Source: a virus. Taken from it: a stretch of 64,000 bases of DNA. The stretch is taken from the UHGV virus genome UHGV-0371537. The stretch is one strand, 5' to 3'. Shown here piece after piece: positions 17,839 through 25,863 of the stretch; the first letter of the stretch is position 1; each line of letters begins with the position of its first letter. The notes beneath the pieces were generated by a model. That model was given only the letters and a program-made list of their open reading frames with translations. It did not search any database and had not been told where the DNA came from. The position numbers and the translations under genes were made by a program.

Positions 17839-18749
17839 CCCTTCTTCATCAGGTCAAGGAGAGAGCGCGACGCTGCCTTCGGTGCTTCTGTCTGGGCACT
17901 CGCCTTGGTTTTAGTTTTGGATGCCTTCTGCGGCTTCTCAGGCACTCTGTGCGCCAAAGGATCCTCACCACCGACCTCACGGGTCATTGGGTCGGTCTCA
18001 CAGAAAGCATAGAAGTCTTTGCTGTAAAACCCATACGCTCGAGTTTCGTCCAATTGATGGTGGATAGCATTACCAACCACCCACAAAGGAGCATCGAACG
18101 GAAGGATAGCCACTTCTGAATTTGTCGGTGATTTGAACTCCTGAGTGTTGGTTTCCGGTGCTTTATACAGAATGTCCTGCCCGCTGTAGTTGTCAACCAC
18201 AGGGGTGAAGCCCAGCGCCAGCATTTCGGCCTTCGACTTCTCAAACTCCTTGGAGTAAGATTCGTTGCGAGACCAGCCGGAGTCCCCTGCTTCTTTACCA
18301 GAGCGACCACGGATGCGGGCATCGTACTGATAGCGGTCGGGGTACGCAAAGTACAGCAGCGCCAATGATTCAATCGGATAGTTCTTGAACATCCACTCAG
18401 GACGCCATTTGTCCGACAGCATGAGGGGTTCGCCCTCACACACCAGGGTGTAACCCTGAGCCAGCCAGCCTTTGACCAGGTCACGAGCGATATCACCCGA
18501 GCCTGTGGCAGCATGAATGGCGTCCATGGAAGTCCAGGAAGCCAGGCCGGATTTGTTGGACACAGTGTACTGGCCGACGAAGATCAACTTCAGCTCTTCG
18601 AATTTCAGGCCAAACGGGCGCGTCTTGTCACCAATGGTGTAGGTGAGTTCGGTAGGCTCCAGCTTAGTGCGCAGCCATTCGATGAACTGAACCACTCTCG
18701 TACCCTTGCCCGTGGCCGAGGTGCCTTTCACTACAATTATTTTAGCCAT
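17835..18749 (-). CDS. P-loop kinase (Walker A GTSATGKGT); candidate nucleotide or DNA kinase
   Basis: 304 aa with N-terminal Walker A motif IIVVKGTSATGKGT; no resemblance to T4 dNMP kinase or Pnk in my recollection. Confidence 0.6.
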   Translation of the reverse strand: MAKIIVVKGTSATGKGTRVVQFIEWLRTKLEPTELTYTIGDKTRPFGLKFEELKLIFVGQYTVSNKSGLASWTSMDAIHAATGSGDIARDLVKGWLAQGYTLVCEGEPLMLSDKWRPEWMFKNYPIESLALLYFAYPDRYQYDARIRGRSGKEAGDSGWSRNESYSKEFEKSKAEMLALGFTPVVDNYSGQDILYKAPETNTQEFKSPTNSEVAILPFDAPLWVVGNAIHHQLDETRAYGFYSKDFYAFCETDPMTREVGGEDPLAHRVPEKPQKASKTKTKASAQTEAPKAASRSLLDLMKKG

Positions 18750-19427
18750 TTAATATTCTCCAACCGAGACATGTTTTAGCCCTACCTTTCAAGAGATTCG
18801 TTATATTACCGGAAGGGAGGCCATATTGAAGTTCCATATCGCATCTTCTTAACTCAACAATGCGACCATCTTTGTGCTGCCATTTGTAAATCGTTTCATC
18901 GCGGCCAGGACCAATGTCTATCAGGCCAAGAGCATGCAGCCTCTTCCTAGTTTCCCCTCCACGCGTTTGAGATTCAGAGGAAGGTCTTGGTGGTTTGGGG
19001 ATCTTCCCTTCTGACATCAATTTGCTTATGATCTTACCCTTTCTGGCTTGTGCTTCAGGGGTGAGTCTTGGTGGAGGTTTAATCTTACCTTCAGCGATCA
19101 AACGTTTGCGGGTTGCGGCGCTCTTTGCGGATGACTCTGGCGTGGCCAATGGAGGCTCCCACCACCGACGACCATATTGTAGCACCACCCAGAGTCAAGG
19201 ATCTCCTGACAGACCAGTTCAGACTCTATCTCAAGGATAACTGATTCCTTCCCTCGGAACAGAACTTCAAACGTGAACTGGTCTTCACCATATTTCTTGA
19301 ACGCTCGTTGTAATGCAATGCTCCCCTGACCACACTTATGCTCAGCCAACCGCCTATCCGGTTCTGAAGTGACACCGATATAGAATTTATGATTGACGAG
19401 ATTCGTGATCAGGTAGAGCGACAGCAT
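18742..19427 (-). pseudogene. GIY-YIG homing endonuclease (Seg-like), disrupted by a frameshift into two ORFs (19098..19427 GIY-YIG domain; 18742..19188 NUMOD3-like repeats plus C-terminal DNA-binding region)
   Basis: ORF 19098..19427 carries LYLITNLVNHKFYIGVT...RRLAEHK (GIY-YIG); ORF 18742..19188 in another frame carries repeated GKI-x-x-PP / GKIISKL NUMOD3-like motifs; the two overlap by about 90 nt. Confidence 0.55.
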
Positions 19428-19732
19428 TACACAGCATCCTCAATACGCCAGCTCACGCCGCCCATCCATGGTGCCCAGAATACAGCAACCTGTGGGCGGC
19501 CATTCTCTTCAAACTTCACTTTATACTGGTCGTCGAAGTTATAGAAGATTTCATCCGCTTCAGAGCGCTGGCCGTTCTCCACCAGTGCTTCATGGAGAGC
19601 CTTGGCTGCGCCGATCGGAGTCGGAGTCTCCTGCTGGCGAATGAAGTTGTTGACATGGATAATCACGCCATCCATATCGCTATCACCGGAACGCTTGTCT
19701 GGGGTTTCCCCGAACTTATTCTGTTCTTGCAC
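19427..19732 (-). CDS. hypothetical protein
   Basis: 101-aa ORF. Confidence 0.45.
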   Translation of the reverse strand: MQEQNKFGETPDKRSGDSDMDGVIIHVNNFIRQQETPTPIGAAKALHEALVENGQRSEADEIFYNFDDQYKVKFEENGRPQVAVFWAPWMGGVSWRIEDAV

Positions 19733-19741
19733 GATGTCCTC

Positions 19742-20521
19742 CTATCGGACGTATTGATAATGACGAATCAGGCGATTTGCCACTTCAACAATATTGTGAT
19801 TCAGAGAGTGGAAGTGGTTCTGGCCTTCTACTGGTTTAATATAAAGCATATCTTCCGAGTTCGAAAGATCCAGTTTTTCATAATTGCCCTGAGGAACAAA
19901 GATGACGAAGATGTTGTTCAGGCCGCACGGCTCGACATACTTCGGATTGTCGTCAATCAGGACATCGCCAGCCAGCAGATGCTTTTCGTCGGTGCTGACG
20001 AACCCGTTGAAGATGCCAGGGAACTTATCGTAGACAAACTGGCGTTTGCTGCGCTCATGCTCCGGCTCACATTTAGACACCGCAACGAATTCAACATTGT
20101 CGAAATCTTCAAGCAGAATCTTCTTCAGATTCACCAGGAATTCAAAAGCGCCAGGAAGCGGGTTCATCTTGGTATACAGATCAGGGCGACGCCACCAGTC
20201 CATAGGATCACGCCCTGTGGGAGCATACATCCATTTCCCAGCGAGGTACACGCGGCGTATCAACCACGCCGGATGTGCACGTTCGCGCATCAGGATAGCC
20301 AGGTCGCCAGCATGAGCCATATAGCACTCTTTGGTGATCGGCTGGAACTGGAAGGACTTTTGGTCGCCAGTTGCGAGAGCCGCCGCAGCGATGTTCTCTT
20401 CGTTGAACCACTGAACCCAAGGGGACAGGCTATCAACCAACGTCAGGTCAACATCCACCAGAACACGATACAGACCGCCGACCTTTGATTTCATATCATA
20501 GATACAAACCAGATTGTTCAT
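19742..20521 (-). CDS. HAD-superfamily phosphatase / nucleotidase (putative)
   Basis: HAD motif I VLVDVDLTLVDS near the N-terminus; start set at the ATG (MNNLV) that overlaps the upstream stop in an ATGA arrangement. Confidence 0.6.
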   Translation of the reverse strand: MNNLVCIYDMKSKVGGLYRVLVDVDLTLVDSLSPWVQWFNEENIAAAALATGDQKSFQFQPITKECYMAHAGDLAILMRERAHPAWLIRRVYLAGKWMYAPTGRDPMDWWRRPDLYTKMNPLPGAFEFLVNLKKILLEDFDNVEFVAVSKCEPEHERSKRQFVYDKFPGIFNGFVSTDEKHLLAGDVLIDDNPKYVEPCGLNNIFVIFVPQGNYEKLDLSNSEDMLYIKPVEGQNHFHSLNHNIVEVANRLIRHYQYVR

Positions 20522-20868
20522 TTGTCTTCCTCCACTTTGTCGTAACCAGTGGCAACACACTGCTCTTCAGTGCAATCAGCGTACAGAACAACAGACGCCT
20601 GCTTCACATAGGTGGTGCAGTGGTAGGTTTCGTCTTCCTGAATGGAATCGTCATAGTTGCAGACCGTCTGCAGAGGTCCAGGGGTGGTGTTGTCCAGCGC
20701 TGCATGAGCCTTGATGGTATCTTCCATCTTGGATACAGCTTGTTCGTTGGTGAACGTCGGCGCGTCAAGGTCTACAGTAGACGCAACGTCCAGAAGGGTA
20801 GAGCATGCGGTGGTAGAGAAAGCCAGAGCGCACACCAGAAGAATCTTATTGAGTTTCATTTCAATCAC
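20518..20868 (-). CDS. small secreted protein or lipoprotein
   Basis: 116 aa with signal-peptide-like N-terminus MKLNKILLVCALAFSTTACS. Confidence 0.5.
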   Translation of the reverse strand: MIEMKLNKILLVCALAFSTTACSTLLDVASTVDLDAPTFTNEQAVSKMEDTIKAHAALDNTTPGPLQTVCNYDDSIQEDETYHCTTYVKQASVVLYADCTEEQCVATGYDKVEEDK

Positions 20869-20921
20869 CTGTTTGTCAAAGGGTTAACAGGGGGAATTAT
20901 ATCCCCCTTTGGTTTATTGAA

Positions 20922-23921
20922 TCAACCTTTCTTCTTTTGCATCATGGCAAGAAGGTTCACACGGCGCTTGTGTGACCAGCCGACCACGTCAAGGATAGAC
21001 TGAATCGGATCAATGAAGGACTTCTCAAAGGCCGCCTGATAATCTACCCATTTGCCCAGACCAAGCTCCTCAGGGAAGAACTCAGGATATGCAAAGTAGT
21101 TCTGCCCAAACGGGTTGCCCGGCTTCAACAACACCATCTGCACCTTATCACCCGACTCAATCATCGGTAGACCCAGTTCTTCGTTCTTCTCGACCAGACG
21201 GTTGTAGCCAACACAAGCCTTGGCAGCGAAGTGAGCACCGGAGATAAACGAGCCGTCGGAGGCCACACACTTCTCTATGTCGGATACGCCGGATGCCTTG
21301 GCGATATCGTCTACGGAGAGTTTCATGTACTCCTCTTTGTAACCACTAATGAGAGTCTGTACTTCCTCTTCGGTGCCGAGTAGGATCTTCTCATAGCACT
21401 TGACAAGACGCTCACGACACCATTCCGGCGTGGTGGACTTACGGGCTTCCAGGCCTTTGAACTTAATCTTCGGCTTCTCGTACTTGATCCCCTCACTGTC
21501 GTACACAGCCATGGCATACATCTTCTTGGCTCGCCAGACAGCGGCTGACGCAATGACCTCTCGCTCCCACACCATGCGTTGTTCGAAGCCGTTCATGGTG
21601 TCACACAGAAGCTGTGCCCACTCATTGGTCTTCGGCTGGTAGTTGTCTTTGATCCATTGGTCGATATTATCAACCATAGCATGATGGTCAGTAACATCAG
21701 GCCACAACTGCTTAACAAGACGCTCAATGCAGATGTAGTTGGAGTCGGTATCACCTGCGATGACGAAGTCCTGGCCTGTTGTACCACACAGCTTGTTCAG
21801 ATAGTCATCAGTGTAACGCTTGTTCCACTTGTTGATCAGCTGACCGGATGTGGTGATGGCTTCGGCAATGTTGAGGTTGAAGTACTCTTTGAACCAGACG
21901 TTTGAGATCGCGCCATAACCTGCGTTCATCAAGATCTTCAGACCTTGCTGAAGGGTATCTTGAGCAACACCCAGGTCTTCCCACTTCTTCATCACTTCGG
22001 TCAGGGCATCAAGATCAATGTTCTTGTGCTCTTCATACCACTCTGGGTCATAGTAGCGAGACTTCATGGCAGACTCAAGATGGAAGTCGCCCTTCGACAT
22101 CTCTTTACACCAACCAGCCCACTGCTCGTATTTCAGACCCTTGGCTTTCTCCACTTTACGGTCGCTGTAGATACCGCGCATGATTTCAGACAGGAACGAC
22201 ATCTTCTCGTTGCTGAAGAACTGTACGTTCGGTGTGAAGGACACGTTGTAGCGGCGCAGGGTTTCAAAGCGGAACTCACCCAGAGCAACCAGTTCGTCAA
22301 CAACCTGCAGGCGTTCGTCAATCGCACGCAACAGCTTGTCGTGAAGGGCTTTCATCAACCGACGTTTGTGCATCGGCGTTGCCATGTTATTCATCTGAGC
22401 AGCCAGCTCTTCACACATCGCCTCAATGATTTCGCGGCGTTTGTGTTTGTCTTCAACGATGGTCTCTGGACCGAGGTTGTACTGCTGAATGATGTGAGGA
22501 TAAAGGGAGTTCAAGTCCTCTGAGAAGACCCAGAAGTAGATCCCTGGCGTGACCTCCATGACGTATGCGCCCTCAAAATCGGTCGGACCATCGTATACAC
22601 GCTGGATCTTAGGCACGATGCCCTTCTCATACAGACGATAGTAGCACATGGCCAGCCAGGGTGCCACTGTGCCAAGGCCGTCTTCATAGTTCGACTTGGT
22701 GCGGTACGCAAGGACGAACATCAGCTGGAGCAGACGCAGCTTCTGTTCGAGACGCCACACCAGCTTGACGTCCTTGATACCATATCGGGTGTGTTTGGCA
22801 TAGTCGTTGAAGTACAGGTCAAAGAGGGACTTGCTCTCACTGTAGTCCATCTTCTTCTCACCCAGCTCACAGTAAGCAATCCAATCAAGAGAGTAACGCT
22901 CACGGGTGGTGTACGTGTGCTTCTTGTAGATCTGCATGTAGTCGAGCATAGGACAGCCCACGAACTGATACGTCGTGATATCGCCCTTCTTATCGCGAAT
23001 GATACGCTTCTTGATGATACCCCAAGGACTGAGGCGCGATGTTTCGGCTTCACCCAGAACCTGGTTCATGCGCTCAACAAGATACGGGCTATCGAACGTT
23101 TCAATGTTCCAGCCTGTCCAGCCATCAAACTGACGCTGTGACCAGAAGTCAAGGAAAGATCGCAGCAGATCCTGCTCGGTGACAAACTCCTTGTACTCCA
23201 CCTCAAGTCCACCGATCTCCGCGTCTTCTGGATCGTATCTGAACTTCGCACGATCCTTCGCGCACGGCATACCCCACACCATGAACTTATTGGTCGCCAT
23301 GTCCTGAAGCTGGATGAGCGTGATGGGGAACGCTGCATTCATGTCCTGGGTGATCTTGCCATTGCTATCAATGATAGGGAACTGGTCGGTCACGTTGTTG
23401 CTGATAAAGGAACTGGGAAAGTGCTCACGGATGAAGTCATGGTTGGCCAGTACCTGCTGATGGAAGCGGCGGATGCGTGCCTCGCTACCTTTGAACGTCT
23501 GCTGCTCAATAGTCGGATGAGGGAATGGACCCTTGGTCATCTCCCCGTCTTTCCACCCAGCGGTGAACACTTCGATATCGAGGTTAGCAATATGGATGTT
23601 GGAGTAATCCGGCTCAATCTTTCCAGGGAAGCTGTGGGCGATGAACTGGTATGCATAATCGGTCTGCCCGTAAATGGCTGCACCCTGGACTTCCTTGTAC
23701 TCTTCAAGGTAGTTGTCAGCAGTGCGCATGTCAGGGAACTTCTTAGAGACCAGGGGTTCGTTGAGCAGGCCGACCTTTTCAACATTTGAATAATCAGCCG
23801 TGGGTAAATAGAGAGTGGGTTCGAATTTCTTTTTCAACAGACGGCGATTACCCATGTCATCTGCGATTCGAATCAACAGGTCATTGCCCCGGCGGGCAAC
23901 GTTCGTATAGAAGACGGTCAT
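20922..23921 (-). CDS. gp43: DNA polymerase, family B (T4 gp43-like), with 3'-5' exonuclease domain
   Basis: 999 aa; exo motif IANLDIEVF, pol motif A DLNSLYPHII, motif B KILMNAGYG, motif C VIAGDTDS. Confidence 0.92.
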   Translation of the reverse strand: MTVFYTNVARRGNDLLIRIADDMGNRRLLKKKFEPTLYLPTADYSNVEKVGLLNEPLVSKKFPDMRTADNYLEEYKEVQGAAIYGQTDYAYQFIAHSFPGKIEPDYSNIHIANLDIEVFTAGWKDGEMTKGPFPHPTIEQQTFKGSEARIRRFHQQVLANHDFIREHFPSSFISNNVTDQFPIIDSNGKITQDMNAAFPITLIQLQDMATNKFMVWGMPCAKDRAKFRYDPEDAEIGGLEVEYKEFVTEQDLLRSFLDFWSQRQFDGWTGWNIETFDSPYLVERMNQVLGEAETSRLSPWGIIKKRIIRDKKGDITTYQFVGCPMLDYMQIYKKHTYTTRERYSLDWIAYCELGEKKMDYSESKSLFDLYFNDYAKHTRYGIKDVKLVWRLEQKLRLLQLMFVLAYRTKSNYEDGLGTVAPWLAMCYYRLYEKGIVPKIQRVYDGPTDFEGAYVMEVTPGIYFWVFSEDLNSLYPHIIQQYNLGPETIVEDKHKRREIIEAMCEELAAQMNNMATPMHKRRLMKALHDKLLRAIDERLQVVDELVALGEFRFETLRRYNVSFTPNVQFFSNEKMSFLSEIMRGIYSDRKVEKAKGLKYEQWAGWCKEMSKGDFHLESAMKSRYYDPEWYEEHKNIDLDALTEVMKKWEDLGVAQDTLQQGLKILMNAGYGAISNVWFKEYFNLNIAEAITTSGQLINKWNKRYTDDYLNKLCGTTGQDFVIAGDTDSNYICIERLVKQLWPDVTDHHAMVDNIDQWIKDNYQPKTNEWAQLLCDTMNGFEQRMVWEREVIASAAVWRAKKMYAMAVYDSEGIKYEKPKIKFKGLEARKSTTPEWCRERLVKCYEKILLGTEEEVQTLISGYKEEYMKLSVDDIAKASGVSDIEKCVASDGSFISGAHFAAKACVGYNRLVEKNEELGLPMIESGDKVQMVLLKPGNPFGQNYFAYPEFFPEELGLGKWVDYQAAFEKSFIDPIQSILDVVGWSHKRRVNLLAMMQKKKG

Positions 23922-23982
23922 GTAATTCTCCAGGTTATCCGTGCCGTTAGCACGTGGGCATATTTAACCATAGAGCCATTCA

Positions 23983-24573
23983 TTGACCAAGGAGTTTATT
24001 ATGGCAATCCCCCTCGTTGGTATGATCCCAGGGGCGCTCAAGCAACTCTGGAACCTTGGGACTGATTTGATTCAATATAAGCGGGAAGTTGTGCAAGCCA
24101 AACACGATGTCAAGCTGGAGGCAATCAAGTCCTCCTCAGATTGGGAGCTGTCTAAGATCACCGAGGTCGGCGGATCTTGGAAAGATGAATTCTGGACTAT
24201 TGTGTTGGCTGTACCCGCTATCCTCGTCATGACTGCTCCGGTCGTGGAACTTATTTTGTTCCCCGGCGAGTATCATAAAGGGGATTTTATCAAAGCAGTA
24301 ATCGGTGGCCTCCAGGCGCTCGATACCGCACCTGAATGGTATACCTATTCATTATTGACAGCAATTAGTGCATCATTCGGTATCAAAGGCTACAACCACT
24401 ACAAAAGCAACGGGCGAAAAGCCCAGGCTGTGGATGCTCTCAAGCAATTTGGGGTCCGGGTCGTACAAAAAGATCCCACTGTTGTTACTCAGTCGGGTTC
24501 TCCCAATCTTGAGTCTGCTCCCCCAGCTGGGTCTACTTCGACCTCTGGCGCGTGGCCTGATCTGAAGAAATAA
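23983..24573 (+). CDS. membrane protein (N-terminal and internal TM helices)
   Basis: 196-aa ORF divergent from the polymerase gene; hydrophobic segments AIPLVGMIPGAL and FWTIVLAVPAILVMTAPVV; terminator hairpin downstream. Confidence 0.5.
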   Translation: MTKEFIMAIPLVGMIPGALKQLWNLGTDLIQYKREVVQAKHDVKLEAIKSSSDWELSKITEVGGSWKDEFWTIVLAVPAILVMTAPVVELILFPGEYHKGDFIKAVIGGLQALDTAPEWYTYSLLTAISASFGIKGYNHYKSNGRKAQAVDALKQFGVRVVQKDPTVVTQSGSPNLESAPPAGSTSTSGAWPDLKK

Positions 24574-24615
24574 GTTCAAGGGGAGGAAACTCCCCTTTCT
24601 TTTGGTGTTTAGGGA

Positions 24616-24828
24616 ATGAAAGTGGTAAACAAGAGATTGCTCGTCACCCAAGGCGGGGCGACGATAGTGCGCGGAAGGATCTATGAACAGACACAATTGG
24701 GCGGACACAAGACGCGCCTGACTGTCAAGGCTCCAGATGGCGGTTGGCCGACAAAGGTAATCGTCCCAGACGGTCTCATAGAACGAGGGTCGGCGACGTA
24801 CAAGGGAGCAGAGTTCAAAATTTATTAA
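24616..24828 (+). CDS. hypothetical small protein
   Basis: 70-aa ORF followed by a bidirectional terminator hairpin. Confidence 0.4.
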   Translation: MKVVNKRLLVTQGGATIVRGRIYEQTQLGGHKTRLTVKAPDGGWPTKVIVPDGLIERGSATYKGAEFKIY

Positions 24829-24865
24829 AATATTTATTGAAGAAAGGGGCTTAACGCCCCCTTTC

Positions 24866-25324
24866 TTATTCTTCCCAGAAGTCGTCATCGTCGCCGACGG
24901 CGGCCAGTTCCGTGTCCAGGTCTTCATCGGTGAACGGTGGCAGCACCCCATTCTGAATCAGATAGTCCATCTCATCGTCTTCCAGCTGCAGGTCAGTGGC
25001 AATATACAGCGCTCCGCTGCCCTCTTCGTCCGTTTCGATGCTGTATGAAGTGTATGACACCCCATTCACTGTAATGATGACAGACGTTGGATCCTCGGGA
25101 TCTACGTGAGCCTCGAACGGCACACCATCAATCGGCGCATCTTCCAGGAAAGTGGCGAGGGCTACTGCAGCACGGACAACATCAGTGCCTTCAACGCCTG
25201 CATAGATCTCTTCCGCGCCCGTCTCTTCACGATCAAACAGTTCAATCGTGATACCGTCTTGAACACCAGTCCATACAGGGATGTCATTGGTGTGTTCTGA
25301 TTCAAACAATTTGGAGGTTGGCAT
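24866..25324 (-). CDS. hypothetical acidic protein
   Basis: 152 aa, highly acidic (DEDLDTELAAVGDDDDFWEE); CTAAATA late-promoter-like element upstream. Confidence 0.5.
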   Translation of the reverse strand: MPTSKLFESEHTNDIPVWTGVQDGITIELFDREETGAEEIYAGVEGTDVVRAAVALATFLEDAPIDGVPFEAHVDPEDPTSVIITVNGVSYTSYSIETDEEGSGALYIATDLQLEDDEMDYLIQNGVLPPFTDEDLDTELAAVGDDDDFWEE

Positions 25325-25347
25325 GTTGGGTTCCTCAGTGGGTTAGC

Positions 25348-25365
25348 CATATGGGGTATTTAGGC
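25348..25365 (-). promoter_or_regulatory. late-promoter-like CTAAATACCCCATATGG upstream of the acidic protein gene
   Basis: Minus-strand reading GCCTAAATACCCCATATGGCTAAC about 30 nt upstream of the ATG at 25324. Confidence 0.45.
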
Positions 25366-25824
25366 TTCCCGCACTGCCAGGCCGGGTTTGTACAGAACGA
25401 TCTCACGAACCATAGGCAGACCAACACGGTCAAGAATGATCGTGGAGTCGTAGCCCTGGGAGATTAGCTCGGCGGCGTTCTCATGGATCTTACCCGGTTC
25501 GATACCAAGTTCACGCATAGCGTCTTCCCAGGCCGAAACATTATTAGAGTCGAGTTCGAGGGGCTTCTTAACACTGACGTTAAACACCAGAACATGGGGT
25601 TCACCGCTCTGGCGATAGCGAACGGCGTTCTCAGCATAGCGCTGCGCCTCTTCTTCGTTGCCTGTCAGATAGAACCCAGGTCCCATCGTACCGCAGTCAG
25701 TCTGGCCGAAGCGCTCAAAGTCGAAGACATCGAATTCTACGTTGGAGCCGTGAAAGAGGCGCATGTTACCGAACTTGGGTTCAGCCTCAGACGCCTCTTT
25801 AAGATATTCAAGAAAGGTTTTCAT
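25360..25824 (-). CDS. capsid-targeted mini protein with PARP-like (H-Y-E type) ADP-ribosyltransferase motifs
   Basis: N-terminus MKTFLEYLKE resembles the T4 internal-protein capsid targeting sequence (MKTYQEFIAE); downstream LFHGS, GPGFYLT and VREIVLY spaced like PARP H-G-S, G-x-G-I-Y-F and N-E-Y-I-V-Y; late-promoter-like CTAAATA plus inverted repeat immediately upstream. Confidence 0.6.
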   Translation of the reverse strand: MKTFLEYLKEASEAEPKFGNMRLFHGSNVEFDVFDFERFGQTDCGTMGPGFYLTGNEEEAQRYAENAVRYRQSGEPHVLVFNVSVKKPLELDSNNVSAWEDAMRELGIEPGKIHENAAELISQGYDSTIILDRVGLPMVREIVLYKPGLAVREA

Positions 25825-25826
25825 AG

Positions 25827-25857
25827 ATACCCCACACTGGTTGTATGGGGTATTTAG
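25827..25857 (-). promoter_or_regulatory. late-promoter-like CTAAATA plus 8-bp inverted repeat (ATACCCCA / TGGGGTAT) abutting the start codon of the PARP-like gene
   Basis: Minus-strand reading CTAAATACCCCATACAACCAGTGTGGGGTATCT-ATG. Confidence 0.5.
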
Positions 25858-25863
25858 GATGGA

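Noticed and set aside
20922-23921. Possible intein in the DNA polymerase, which is about 100 aa longer than T4 gp43.
   Set aside because: No Cys/Ser-initiated insert ending in His-Asn was found; exo and pol motifs A, B and C are in normal order and the extra length is spread over inter-motif regions.
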